A stretch of 64,000 bases of DNA from Spirochaetia bacterium (GTDB lineage: Bacteria; Spirochaetota; Spirochaetia; SZUA-6; Bin103). The notes beneath the pieces are model-generated. The model saw nothing but the letters and a program-made list of their open reading frames with translations, was not told the origin of the DNA and ran no database searches. Position numbers and translations under genes: made by a program. The first letter of the stretch is position 1. Each line of letters starts with the position of its first letter. This document shows, one piece after another, positions 1 to 9,744 of the stretch. The DNA lies in assembly GCA_965203515.1 (NCBI GenBank), contig OZ241907.1:3040001-3104000 (forward strand), written 5' to 3'.

Positions 1-1532
1 GCTACGTGGTGCTGCGGTTCAACTTCTCCGCCTTCAACGACGCCCCGGAGACGCTGGAGCGCGAGTTCGAGGAGTACTGCACGATGCACCTGAGGGATGC
101 GCTGGAGCGCAACCCGGACCTGTTCCCGGGGCCGGCGCTGGAGCGCATCCTGGCACCAGCGAGCGTCCACGGCCGCCTCAACGCCCTGTTCCTCCACGCC
201 GGCCCGCGCGGCATCCCGCTCTACGTGCTGATCGACGAATACGACAACTTCGCCAACACCATCCTGGCGCATCAGGGGGCGGACGCCTATCACGCACTCA
301 CCCACGGCGGCGGCTTCTACCGCAACTTCTTCGCCGCGCTCAAGGCCGGCACCGAGAACGGCAGCGTGGCGCGGCTGTTCGTCACCGGCGTCTCGCCGAT
401 CGTCATGGACGACGTCACCAGCGGCTTCAACATCGGCGCCAACCTCAGCCTCCGCCCCGAATTCAACGAACTGCTCGGCTTCACCGAAGCCGAAGTGCGG
501 CGCCTGCTTTCGACCTACCGCGACCTCGGCGTCTTCGACCAGGACCCGCACGCCGCCCTCGACACGATGCGCGAGTGGTACGACGGCTACCGCTTCGCCA
601 AGACCGCCCCCAACGTCGTCTACAACACCGACATGGTGCTCTACTACCTCTCCTACTCGCTGCCCAACAAACCCGGTCCCGACAACCTGATCGACGCCAA
701 CGTTCGCATCGACTACGGCAAGCTGCGCCACCTGCTCACCGTCGGCCGCCGGTTGAACGGCAACTTCGACCTGCTGCGCGAGGTGATCGCCGAAGGGCGC
801 GCCGACTGCGAGATCGTAGACAGCTTCCCGCTGGAACGCCTCGCCGAGCGGGAGAACTTCCTGTCGCTGCTGCACTACTTCGGCCTGCTGAGCATCCGCG
901 GCGCGACGGTCGAAACGCCGCGGCTGGGCATCCCCAACCAGACGGTGCGGCGGCTGATGTACGGCTACCTGCGCGACGCCTACCGCGACGTGGGCGTGTT
1001 CTCGCTCGACCTGGTGACGTTCGACCGGCTGACGCGGCGCATGGCGCTGCAGGGGGAGTGGCGCCCGGCACTGGAGCGGCTGAGCGCGGCGGTAGCCGAG
1101 CAGACCGGCGTGCGGGACTACCTGCAGGGCGAGAAGATGCTGCAGGGCTTCGTGGCCGCCTACCTGAGCATCTCCCCCTACTTCGTGCTGCACACCGAGC
1201 TGGAGTTGGCCAAGGGCTACGCCGACCTGGTGCTGGAACCGCGCGCGCTGCCTTATCCGGGCCGGCGCTACGGCTACGTGATCGAGCTGAAGTACCTGCC
1301 CCGCAGCGCGGCGCAGGCGCAGGTAGCGGCGCAGGCCGCCGCCGCGGAGGCGCAGGTGCGCCGCTACCTGACGGACGGGCGGCTGGCGCGCCGGCACCCG
1401 GAGGCGGCGTTCAAGGGGCTGGCGCTGGTGTTCCGCGGCTGGGAGCTGGTGCACGACTCAGAGGTGCGTGGCGCAGAGGTCCCGGCCGGCGCAGAGGTCC
1501 CGGCCGACGACGGTCCGGCGCGGCGCGGGTGA
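1..1532 (+). CDS. AAA-ATPase-like domain + PD-(D/E)XK nuclease (DUF1703/PDDEXK_9-type) protein, 5' end outside window
   Basis: Walker B LIDEYDN, FVTGVSP, WYDGYRF and C-terminal GYADL..VIELKY nuclease motif; paralog of the next gene. Confidence 0.9.
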   Translation, partial: YVVLRFNFSAFNDAPETLEREFEEYCTMHLRDALERNPDLFPGPALERILAPASVHGRLNALFLHAGPRGIPLYVLIDEYDNFANTILAHQGADAYHALTHGGGFYRNFFAALKAGTENGSVARLFVTGVSPIVMDDVTSGFNIGANLSLRPEFNELLGFTEAEVRRLLSTYRDLGVFDQDPHAALDTMREWYDGYRFAKTAPNVVYNTDMVLYYLSYSLPNKPGPDNLIDANVRIDYGKLRHLLTVGRRLNGNFDLLREVIAEGRADCEIVDSFPLERLAERENFLSLLHYFGLLSIRGATVETPRLGIPNQTVRRLMYGYLRDAYRDVGVFSLDLVTFDRLTRRMALQGEWRPALERLSAAVAEQTGVRDYLQGEKMLQGFVAAYLSISPYFVLHTELELAKGYADLVLEPRALPYPGRRYGYVIELKYLPRSAAQAQVAAQAAAAEAQVRRYLTDGRLARRHPEAAFKGLALVFRGWELVHDSEVRGAEVPAGAEVPADDGPARRG

Positions 1533-3295
1533 CCGCATGGCTCGTGCGTCCGCATCGATGACCGCTCCCCCTGATCCCGCGCCGTTCCCGGCGATCCCCT
1601 ACGGGCGCGGCAACTTTCGCAGCATCCGCCTCGACCGCTGCCTCTACGTAGACAAGACCCGCTTCATCCGCGCCCTGGAGCAGGAACGCTATGCGTTCTT
1701 CATCCGCCCGCGGCGCTTTGGCAAGACGCTGTGGCTGACCATGCTGAACGCCTACTACAACCGCGCCCGGGCCAAGGACTATGAAGCTGTCTTCGCCGGC
1801 ACCGACATCGGCCGCCAGCCGACTGCCAACCGGAGCCGCTACGTGGTGCTCTACTTCGACTTCTCGGCGTTCAAGCAGGCGCTGCCCACGTTGGAGGAGC
1901 GCTTCGAGGGGTACTGCGCCCGCCACGTGGAGGACGCGCTGCTGCGCAATCCCGATCTGTTCGACCAGAAGAGCGCGGAGCGCATCCTCGCCGCGCCGTC
2001 GATCGACGGCAAACTCGACGCGTTGTTCCTGTATGCGGACGCCCGCGGCATCCCGCTCTACGTGCTGATCGACGAATACGACAACTTCGCCAATACCATC
2101 CTGGCCGAGCAGGGCGCCGATGCCTACCACTCCTTCACCCACGGCGGCGGCTTCTACCGCAACTTCTTCGCCATGCTCAAGGCCGGCACCGCCGAGTCCG
2201 GCTGCATCGAACGCCTGTTCGTCACCGGCGTCTCCCCGGTCACCATGGACGACGTCACCAGCGGCTTCAACATCGGCGCCAACCTCAGCCTCCGCCCCGA
2301 GTTCAACGAACTGCTCGGCTTCACCGAAGCCGAAGTGCGGCACGCGCTTTCGACCTACCGCGACCTCGGCGTCTTCGACCAGGACCCCGACGCCGCCCTC
2401 GACACGATGCGCGAGTGGTACGACGGCTACCGCTTCGCCAAGACCGCACCCAACGTCGTCTACAACACCGACATGGTGCTCTACTACCTCTCCTACTCAC
2501 TGCCCAACAAACCCGGTCCCGACAACCTGATCGACGACAACGTGCGCATCGACTACGGCAAGCTGCGCCACCTGCTCACGGTCGGGAGCCGGTTGAACGG
2601 CAACTTCGACCTGCTGCGCGAGGTGATCGCCGAGGGGCGCGCCGACTGCGAGATCGTGAGCAGCTTCCCGCTGGAACGCCTCGCCGAGCGGGAGAACTTC
2701 CTGTCGCTGTTGCACTACTTCGGCCTGTTGAGCATCCGCGGCGCGACGGCCGGGACGCCGCGGCTGGGCATTCCCAACCAGACGGTGCGGCGGCTGCTGT
2801 ACGGCTACCTGCGCGACGCCTACCGGGACGTCGGCGTGTTCTCGCTCGACCTGGTGACGTTCGACCGGCTGACGCGGCGCATGGCGCTGCAGGGGGAGTG
2901 GCGCCCGGCGCTGGAACGGCTGAGCGCGGCGATCGCGGAGCAGACCAGCGTGCGCGACTACCTGCAGGGCGAGAAGATGCTGCAGGGGTTCGTGGCCGCC
3001 TACCTGAGCATCTCCCCCTACTTCGTGCTGCATACCGAGATGGAGTTGGCCAAGGGCTACGCCGACCTGGTGCTGGAACCGCGCGCATTGCCCTATCCGG
3101 GCCTGCGCTACGGCTACGTGATCGAGCTGAAGTACCTGCCCCGCAGCGCAACGCAGGCGCAGGTAGCGGCGCAGGCCGCCGCGGCGGAGGCGCAGACGCG
3201 CCGCTATCTGGCGGACGGGCGGCTGGCGCGCCGGCACCCGGAGGCGGCGTTCAAGGGGCTGGCGCTGGTGTTCCGCGGCTGGGAGCTGGTCCACG
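405..3295 (+). repeat. About 1050-bp near-identical direct repeat (405-1455 vs 2245-3295, offset 1840)
   Basis: Colinear from ATGGACGACGTCACC to GGGAGCTGGT with only scattered substitutions. Confidence 0.9.
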
Positions 3296-3360
3296 GCGCA
3301 GAGGTGCGCGGCACAGAAGTACGCGGCGCCGAGGCGGCGGCACCGGCGAGTACGCGATGA
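1558..3360 (+). CDS. AAA-ATPase-like domain + PD-(D/E)XK nuclease protein, tandem copy 2
   Basis: IPYG..F, YVDKT, Walker A RPRRFGKT, LIDEYDN, GYADL..IELKY; start ATG 1558 or 1537. Confidence 0.92.
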   Translation: MTAPPDPAPFPAIPYGRGNFRSIRLDRCLYVDKTRFIRALEQERYAFFIRPRRFGKTLWLTMLNAYYNRARAKDYEAVFAGTDIGRQPTANRSRYVVLYFDFSAFKQALPTLEERFEGYCARHVEDALLRNPDLFDQKSAERILAAPSIDGKLDALFLYADARGIPLYVLIDEYDNFANTILAEQGADAYHSFTHGGGFYRNFFAMLKAGTAESGCIERLFVTGVSPVTMDDVTSGFNIGANLSLRPEFNELLGFTEAEVRHALSTYRDLGVFDQDPDAALDTMREWYDGYRFAKTAPNVVYNTDMVLYYLSYSLPNKPGPDNLIDDNVRIDYGKLRHLLTVGSRLNGNFDLLREVIAEGRADCEIVSSFPLERLAERENFLSLLHYFGLLSIRGATAGTPRLGIPNQTVRRLLYGYLRDAYRDVGVFSLDLVTFDRLTRRMALQGEWRPALERLSAAIAEQTSVRDYLQGEKMLQGFVAAYLSISPYFVLHTEMELAKGYADLVLEPRALPYPGLRYGYVIELKYLPRSATQAQVAAQAAAAEAQTRRYLADGRLARRHPEAAFKGLALVFRGWELVHGAEVRGTEVRGAEAAAPASTR

Positions 3361-3373
3361 ACCGTCGTACGCG

Positions 3374-3928
3374 CTACAGCGAGGCGGAGACCACCTCGAT
3401 CTCCGGATCGATCTCGTCGCGCAGGATGCCCTGGATCGCGGTGAGCGTACCGGACTCCGACGCCGGGCAGCTGCCGCACGCGCCCTGGTAGTTGACCACC
3501 ACCCGCTTGTTCTCATAGGCCAGCACGTCAAGGTCACCGCCGTCGCCCTGCAGGTAGGGGCGCACCGTTCGATCGAGCACCTCCTCGATCGCTCTGACGT
3601 CGTCGGGAAGGTCGTCGCGGCTCCGCTCCGGCTCCTGCGGGGTGAAGTCGGGGTCGTGGGACCGGATCTCCCGCGCCGCGATCTCCTTGATGCGGTCGGC
3701 CGCGGCCGGCCAGTCGGTCGAGTCGTCCTTGCTGACGGTGATGACGTTCTCAAACAGGTGGACCTGACGGACGTAGGGCAGCTCGAACAGCCGCTCCACC
3801 ATCGGCACGCCCCGCGCCTGCTCCGGCCCTTCGAACGTGACCTTGCCGGCGCTCTTGACGTCGAGGTTGAGGATGAACTTCATCGCGTTCGGATTGGGGG
3901 TGAACTGCGTAAGGATCGCTATCGGCAC
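3374..3928 (-). CDS. NifU/Nfu family Fe-S carrier (Nfu N-terminal scaffold + NifU C-terminal domain)
   Basis: TPNPNAMKF; VRPYLQGDGGD; QGACGSCP CxxC motif. Confidence 0.92.
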   Translation of the reverse strand: MPIAILTQFTPNPNAMKFILNLDVKSAGKVTFEGPEQARGVPMVERLFELPYVRQVHLFENVITVSKDDSTDWPAAADRIKEIAAREIRSHDPDFTPQEPERSRDDLPDDVRAIEEVLDRTVRPYLQGDGGDLDVLAYENKRVVVNYQGACGSCPASESGTLTAIQGILRDEIDPEIEVVSASL

Positions 3929-3940
3929 GGCGCAGCTCCT

Positions 3941-4393
3941 TCAGCTCTCGGTGGTGACGACGCCGCCGCCGGCGAGCGCGCTGGACAGCGCGTGCCAGGA
4001 GAGGATCGCGCACTTCACCCGCGCCGGATACTCCCAGATGCCGGAGAAGACCTGCAGCTTGCCAAGCCCGGCGTGCCGGGCGGGATCGAGGCGGCCGCGC
4101 ACCAGATCGTGAAACCGCTCGAACAGATCGTTCACCTCAGCCGCGCTCATGCCGGTGACCGTCTCCGTCATCAGCGAGGCGGACGCCTTGGAGATGGCGC
4201 ATCCGGCCCCGTAGAAGCCGATGGCCGCCACCGTGCCGTCGCCGCCGATGCGCAGATCGATCGTAAAGCGGTCTCCGCACAGCGGATTGTCGCCCTCCGC
4301 GCGGTGCGTCGCATCGGCGAGCGGCCCGTAATTGCGAGGGCTGCGGTTGTGCTCAAGGATCACCTGCTGATACAGCTCAGCGCTGTCGCTCAC
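3941..4393 (-). CDS. sufU: SUF system sulfur-transfer/scaffold protein SufU
   Basis: LYQQVILEH, NPLCGD, GCAISKASAS, RVKCA; adjacent to sufS. Confidence 0.93.
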   Translation of the reverse strand: MSDSAELYQQVILEHNRSPRNYGPLADATHRAEGDNPLCGDRFTIDLRIGGDGTVAAIGFYGAGCAISKASASLMTETVTGMSAAEVNDLFERFHDLVRGRLDPARHAGLGKLQVFSGIWEYPARVKCAILSWHALSSALAGGGVVTTES

Positions 4394-5634
4394 GCGAATA
4401 CCTCCATGCAGCGGCGGATCGCGCGCACGAGCGTGTCGATCTCCGCTTCCGTATTGTAGAACGCAAACGAGGCGCGCGCCGTCGCCGGCACGCCGAAGCG
4501 CCGCATCACCGGCTGCGCGCAGTGGTGGCCGGTACGGAGGGCGACCCCTACGCCGTCGGCGATGGTGCCGAGGTCGTGCGGATGGATGTCGCCGACCACG
4601 AAGGAGAGCACCGGCGCCTTGTCCGGCGCAGTGCCGATGACACGCGCGGCGCCGATCCCCTCCACCGCCTCTGTGGCGGCGCGCAGCAGGCGCCGCTCGC
4701 GCTCCTCGATCCAGGCGAAGCCGAGCCCGCGCACGTAATCGACCGCTGCCCCCAGACCGATGACGCCGGCGATGTTGGGCGTGCCGGCTTCAAGCCGGTT
4801 GGGCAGCTCCGCGTACGTGCTCTCCTCGAACGTGACCGAGCGGATCATGTCGCCGCCGCCGGTCACCGGGGGCATGCCCTCCAGCACCTCGCGCCGCCCG
4901 TAGAGCACGCCCACGCCGGTCGGGCCGTACAGCTTGTGGCCGGAGAACGCCAGAAAGTCGCAGTCCAGCGCCTGCACGTCGAGCGGCGCATGCGCGACCG
5001 CCTGCGCGGCGTCGACCAACACCGCGGCGCCGCGCTCGCGGGCCGCGGCCGCCAGGTCGGCGACCGGATTGATCGTGCCCAGGGCGTTGGAGGCGAGCGT
5101 GACGGCGAGCAGCCGCGTGCGCGGCGACAGCACCCGCTCCACCGCCGGCAGATCCAGCGTGCCGTCTTCCAGGATCGGCAGCACCCGCAGCACGCAACCG
5201 CGACGTCGGCATGCCATCTGCCACGGCACGATGTTGGAGTGATGCTCCATCTCGGTCACGACGATCTCGTCGCCGGCGCCGAGATGGGTGTCGCCCCAGC
5301 TCTGCGCGACCAGGTTGATCGAGGCGGTCGTGCCGGAGGTGAAGATGATCTCCCGCGGGTCGCTCGCTCCGATCAGACCGCGCACCAGTTCGCGCGTGGC
5401 CTCGTACCGCTCGGTGGCGCACTGGCTCAGGTAGTGGACGCCGCGGTGAATGTTGGCCACCTCCTCCCGGTAGTGATCGGCGACCGCCTCGATCACCGGC
5501 CGGGGTTTGAGGGTGGTCGCCGCGTTGTCGAGATAGGCGAGCGGCCGGCCGTGGACCAGCCGGTCCAACATGGGGAAGTCGCCGCGCACGGCGGTCAGGG
5601 AGACCGGCGGACGATCGACCGCGGCCTGCATCAC
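4390..5634 (-). CDS. sufS: Cysteine desulfurase SufS
   Basis: YLDNAATT, EHHSN, FSGHKLYGPTG, RTGHHCAQP; start overlaps sufD stop. Confidence 0.95.
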   Translation of the reverse strand: MMQAAVDRPPVSLTAVRGDFPMLDRLVHGRPLAYLDNAATTLKPRPVIEAVADHYREEVANIHRGVHYLSQCATERYEATRELVRGLIGASDPREIIFTSGTTASINLVAQSWGDTHLGAGDEIVVTEMEHHSNIVPWQMACRRRGCVLRVLPILEDGTLDLPAVERVLSPRTRLLAVTLASNALGTINPVADLAAAARERGAAVLVDAAQAVAHAPLDVQALDCDFLAFSGHKLYGPTGVGVLYGRREVLEGMPPVTGGGDMIRSVTFEESTYAELPNRLEAGTPNIAGVIGLGAAVDYVRGLGFAWIEERERRLLRAATEAVEGIGAARVIGTAPDKAPVLSFVVGDIHPHDLGTIADGVGVALRTGHHCAQPVMRRFGVPATARASFAFYNTEAEIDTLVRAIRRCMEVFA

Positions 5635-6887
5635 GCGGCTTCCAGCGATGCCAGGCCGCGGTCGACGTGCGCCTGCAGGAACGCCCCGACCTCCGGGCCC
5701 TCGAGCCTGCGGCCCACTTCGTCCAGGAAGCCGCGCACCAGCATGGCGGTCGCCCGGCCGGGCGGGATGCCGCGGCTCTGCAGGTAGTGGAGCTGCTCCG
5801 GGGCGAGCGGTCCTGCGGTGGCGCCGTGCGTGCACCGTACCTGATCGGCGCCGATGCGGAGCTGCGGCCGCGCGTCCGCGCGCGCCGTCGGGTCGAGCAG
5901 CAGCGCCTTGCTCAGTTGGAAGGCGTCGGCGCCCTGCGCGGCGCGGTCGACCTCGATCGTGCCCTGGAAGGCGGAGCGCGCCCCGTCGAACAACGCGGCC
6001 TTGAAGAGTTGATCGCTCGCGCAGTCGGGCGCCCGATGCTGCACGCAGGTGTGTATCGCGCCGTGGGCGGCGCCGGACAGCACGGCGGCGCCGCCCAGCC
6101 GGGCGCGCGCGCCGCCGGCGAGCAGCGCGACCGTCACTTCGGTCCGGTCGATCGCCATCCCGCCGCCGACCAGCACCAGGTCGAGCTCGGCGCCGGCGCT
6201 CACGGCGGCCCGCAACGAGCCGAATCCGAACGCCTGCGGATCGTCCGCCGCCAGCCGGTAGTAGCGCAGCGCGGCGCCCGGCGCGATCACCAGATCGGCG
6301 GCCGACACGTCCAGCGCGGCGGCCGGTTCATGCAGCGCAGCGCCGGCGCCATCGCCATCCATCGGTTCCCAGCGCTCCACCACCGTGGCGCGCGCCCCGC
6401 GCGCCAGCTCCACGCGGACCGTGTCGGCGTACAGCGCCCCGCCGCCGGCGCGCGGGCGCCGGCGATGCACGATCTCGATGAAGCGCGGCCGGTCCGCCGC
6501 CACGGCTGCGACGAAGCCGAAGTCGGCGAACGCCTGGTTGATGGCGGTGAAGGCGTGCCGGGGATAGTCGGCGACCGCGCTCCGCAACGGCTGCCGGGCG
6601 GCCGCCAGCGGCCGCCAGCCGCCGGCGGAGGCGGCGGGTCCGCCGGCGCACTCCCAGCCGGCGCACTCCCAGCCGGCGGGCTGGAACCGTTGGGCCAGCA
6701 GCGGCCGCACGTTGGTGTAGGTCCACGCCTCGTCGCGCGCGAGCGGCAGGCCGTGCGCGGCCAAGCGCTCGCGGCCCGCCGCGCGCAGCGCCCGCAGCCA
6801 GGGCGGCCCGCCGCGCGCGGCGTCGAAGCGGCGGGCGCGCTCGACCAGGTCCGCGGTCCAGGCGCGCGCCTGCTCGGCGACGGTCAC
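5631..6887 (-). CDS. sufD: Fe-S assembly protein SufD (divergent N-terminus)
   Basis: EAWTYT, ARPQLRIGADQVRCTHGAT, YLQSRGI; between sufC and sufS. Confidence 0.85.
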   Translation of the reverse strand: MTVAEQARAWTADLVERARRFDAARGGPPWLRALRAAGRERLAAHGLPLARDEAWTYTNVRPLLAQRFQPAGWECAGWECAGGPAASAGGWRPLAAARQPLRSAVADYPRHAFTAINQAFADFGFVAAVAADRPRFIEIVHRRRPRAGGGALYADTVRVELARGARATVVERWEPMDGDGAGAALHEPAAALDVSAADLVIAPGAALRYYRLAADDPQAFGFGSLRAAVSAGAELDLVLVGGGMAIDRTEVTVALLAGGARARLGGAAVLSGAAHGAIHTCVQHRAPDCASDQLFKAALFDGARSAFQGTIEVDRAAQGADAFQLSKALLLDPTARADARPQLRIGADQVRCTHGATAGPLAPEQLHYLQSRGIPPGRATAMLVRGFLDEVGRRLEGPEVGAFLQAHVDRGLASLEAA

Positions 6888-7681
6888 GTCGGCGCAGTCC
6901 CGGCCGGCGCACTCCTGACCGACTCGACCGGAGCGGTCAGCCAGTCGTAGCCGCGCCGCTCCACCTCGCGCGCCAGCTCCGCGCCGCCCGAACGGACGAT
7001 GCAGCCGCCCGACAGGACGTGCACCCGGTCGGGAGTGATGTAGTCGAGCAGTCGCTGGTAGTGGGTGATCAGCACGATCGCGTTCTGCTCGGTGCGCAAC
7101 GTCTCGATGCTTTCGGCCACCGCGCGCAACGAGTCGATGTCGAGCCCGGAGTCGGTCTCATCCAGGATCGCTAGGCGGGGCGACAGCACCGCCATCTGCA
7201 GAATCTCGTTGCGCTTCTTCTCACCCCCGGAGAAGTCGACGTTGAGGTCGCGGTCGACAAAGCTCTCGTCGATGCCGACCGAGCGCGCCTTCTCGCGCAG
7301 GAACCGGTCGAAGTCGTACGGGTCGAGCTCCGGCAGGCCGTTGTGGCGGCTGATTTCGTTGTACGCGGCGCGCAGGAAGACCGCGTTGGAGACGCCCGGA
7401 ATCTCGATCGGGTACTGGAAGCTGATGAAGAGCCCCTCGCGGGCGCGCTCGTCCGCATCCATCGCCGACAGGTCACGCGGGCGCAGGTTGATCTCATACT
7501 GCAGGGTGCCGGCCGTGATCCGATAGTCGGGGTGGCCGCCGATCACCCGCGCCAGGGTGCTCTTGCCGGAGCCGTTGGGCCCCATGATCGCGTGCACCTC
7601 GCCGGCGCCTACGTCCAGGTCGACGCCGTGCAGGATCGGCGTATCGCCGATGGCGGCGGCCAGACCGCGTACGGCAAGCAT
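6884..7681 (-). CDS. sufC: Fe-S assembly ATPase SufC
   Basis: HAIMGPNGSGKSTL, FSGGEKKRNEI, LDETDSGLDID; ATG 7681 overlaps sufB stop. Confidence 0.95.
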   Translation of the reverse strand: MLAVRGLAAAIGDTPILHGVDLDVGAGEVHAIMGPNGSGKSTLARVIGGHPDYRITAGTLQYEINLRPRDLSAMDADERAREGLFISFQYPIEIPGVSNAVFLRAAYNEISRHNGLPELDPYDFDRFLREKARSVGIDESFVDRDLNVDFSGGEKKRNEILQMAVLSPRLAILDETDSGLDIDSLRAVAESIETLRTEQNAIVLITHYQRLLDYITPDRVHVLSGGCIVRSGGAELAREVERRGYDWLTAPVESVRSAPAGTAPT

Positions 7682-9120
7682 CAGCCTACGCTCCCTTCGA
7701 GCTTCATCTCCAACAGCTTGACCGCCTCTACCGAGAACTCCAGCGGCAGCTTGCGGAACACCTCCTTGCAGAAGCCGTTGATCAGCAGCGAGAGGGCGCC
7801 TTCGGTATCGATGCCGCGGGTCGCCAGGTAGAAGAGCTGATCGGCGCCGATCTTGGAGGTAGACGCTTCGTGCTCGACCGTGGCGGTCGGGTTGCGCACC
7901 TCGATCGACGGGAAGGTGTTGGCCACGCACCGGTCGCCGACCAGCATCGAGTCGCACTGCGTGAAGTTGCGCGCCCCGTCGGCGCCGGGCTGGATGCGCA
8001 CCTGGCCGCGGTAGCTGTTGATCGATCGATCGGCGGAGATGCCCTTGGAGACGATCGTGCTGGTGGTGCGCGGCCCGACGTGGATCATCTTGGTGCCGGT
8101 ATCGGCCTGCATCCGGTTGTTGGTGAGCGCGACCGAATAGAACTCGCCGACCGACTCGGCGCCGGAGAGGATCACGCTGGGGTACTTCCAGGTGATGGCG
8201 GCGCCGGCCTCCACCTGCGTCCACGACACCTTGGAACGCCGGCCCACGCAACGGCCGCGCTTGGTGACGAAGTTGTAGATGCCGCCGCGCCCCGCCGCGT
8301 CGCCGGCGTACCAGTTCTGCACGGTCGAGTAGTTCACGGTCGCCTCGTCGAGCGCGACGATCTCCACGACCGCGGCGTGGAGCTGGTTCCGGTCACGCAT
8401 CGGGGCGGTGCAGCCCTCGACGTAATTCACCGAGCTGCCCTCCTCGGCGATGAGCAGCGTGCGCTCGAACTGTCCGGTCTCGGCAGCGTTGATGCGGAAG
8501 TAGGTCGACAGATCGATCGGGCACTGCACGCCGCGCGGGACGTAGCAGAACGAGCCGTCCGTGAAGACCGCCGAGTTGAGCGCCGCAAAGTAGTTGTCCG
8601 CCGGCGGCACTACCGAGCCCAGGTAGCGCTCGACCAGTTCCGGGTACTGCTGCACCGCCTCTCCCATCGAGCAGAACACGATCCCCAGCTCCGCGAGCCG
8701 TTCCTGGTTGGTGGTGCCGACCGATACCGAATCGAAGACGGCGTCGATCGCCACGCCCATCAGCCGCTTCTGCTCCAGCAGGGGGATGCCGAGCCGTTCG
8801 AAGGTGGCGATCACCTCCGGGTCGACCTCCTCCAGCGTGCCGGGGCCTTCGCCCACCCGCTTGGGGGCCGAGTAGTAGCGGATGTCCTGGTAGTCGATCT
8901 CCGGGTAGTCGACGAAGCGCCACCACGGTTCCTCCATCGCCTGCCACCGCTCGAGGGCTTTCAGCCGGAAGTCGAGCATGAAGGCCGGCTCGTCCTTCTT
9001 TTCCGAGATCAGCCGCACCGTATCGGCCGACAGCCCCTTGGGGACCTCATCGGTCTCTACGTCGGTATGGAAGCCGGCCTGGTACTCGGTGCTCTGCTGT
9101 CGGTGCGCTACGATTTCCAT
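7681..9120 (-). CDS. sufB: Fe-S assembly protein SufB
   Basis: [36 protein letters not shown] before ATG 9120. Confidence 0.96.
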   Translation of the reverse strand: MEIVAHRQQSTEYQAGFHTDVETDEVPKGLSADTVRLISEKKDEPAFMLDFRLKALERWQAMEEPWWRFVDYPEIDYQDIRYYSAPKRVGEGPGTLEEVDPEVIATFERLGIPLLEQKRLMGVAIDAVFDSVSVGTTNQERLAELGIVFCSMGEAVQQYPELVERYLGSVVPPADNYFAALNSAVFTDGSFCYVPRGVQCPIDLSTYFRINAAETGQFERTLLIAEEGSSVNYVEGCTAPMRDRNQLHAAVVEIVALDEATVNYSTVQNWYAGDAAGRGGIYNFVTKRGRCVGRRSKVSWTQVEAGAAITWKYPSVILSGAESVGEFYSVALTNNRMQADTGTKMIHVGPRTTSTIVSKGISADRSINSYRGQVRIQPGADGARNFTQCDSMLVGDRCVANTFPSIEVRNPTATVEHEASTSKIGADQLFYLATRGIDTEGALSLLINGFCKEVFRKLPLEFSVEAVKLLEMKLEGSVG

Positions 9121-9617
9121 GTGGTCTCCTGATTCAAGAGGCCCATGGCTTCCTGGCTGCGGGTAAATCGCTCCCGTATCTCCCGCTCGTCGTCGTCCTC
9201 TTCGCTGGCCAGCAGATCGGCGACGGTCAGGCCGCGGTAGAGCCGCTCGACCCGCTTGGCCAGATTGACCACGGCCGAGATGATCGTGCAGGAGCCGGTG
9301 AGCTGGCACGCGCACCGGTCATCCATGCAGGTCGCGAACCGCATCGGGCCGACCAGCGCCTCGCTCAGGGCGTACAGCGAGAGCCGCTCCAGGTCGGCGC
9401 GCAGCCGGTAGCCGCCCTGAGCGCCCTGTTCGGAGACCAGCACGCCGAGCTGCGCCAGCCGCTGCAATACCTTGGACAACACGTCGAACGGCATCGGATG
9501 GACCCGGCACAGCTCACGGGCGGTGACCGGGCGGCCGGCGCCGGCGGTCGCGCCGACCATGCGCATGTGCTGCAGGGCCAGCAGCGCGTACTCCAGCTTG
9601 CGGTGAATCTTGAGCAA
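9108..9617 (-). CDS. Rrf2 family (IscR-like) transcriptional regulator heading the suf operon
   Basis: [18 protein letters not shown], Cys cluster C-x4-C-x-C-x5-C; TTG start with AAGAGG upstream. Confidence 0.88.
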   Translation of the reverse strand: MLKIHRKLEYALLALQHMRMVGATAGAGRPVTARELCRVHPMPFDVLSKVLQRLAQLGVLVSEQGAQGGYRLRADLERLSLYALSEALVGPMRFATCMDDRCACQLTGSCTIISAVVNLAKRVERLYRGLTVADLLASEEDDDEREIRERFTRSQEAMGLLNQETTWKS

Positions 9618-9744
9618 ATAGGACCTCTTGAGTCTTATTTGCCAAGATACGGCCCGGCCGGGCCGCAGGTCAACCGCCGGCCGTCCGCCGGGGCTTCCAA
9701 AGGCGCCGGTTGCGCCGCCGCGGCGCTCCCCCCTACCGTGGCGC

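Noticed and set aside
405..3295. Long repeat as a DGR template/variable pair
   Set aside because: It is too long, the mismatches are not adenine-specific, both copies are coding, and no reverse transcriptase is in the window.
6884..8251. N-terminally extended SufC (also SufS, SufB, ClpP, MsrB and AapM ORF calls)
   Set aside because: The extensions overlap upstream genes; coupled downstream starts fit family lengths.
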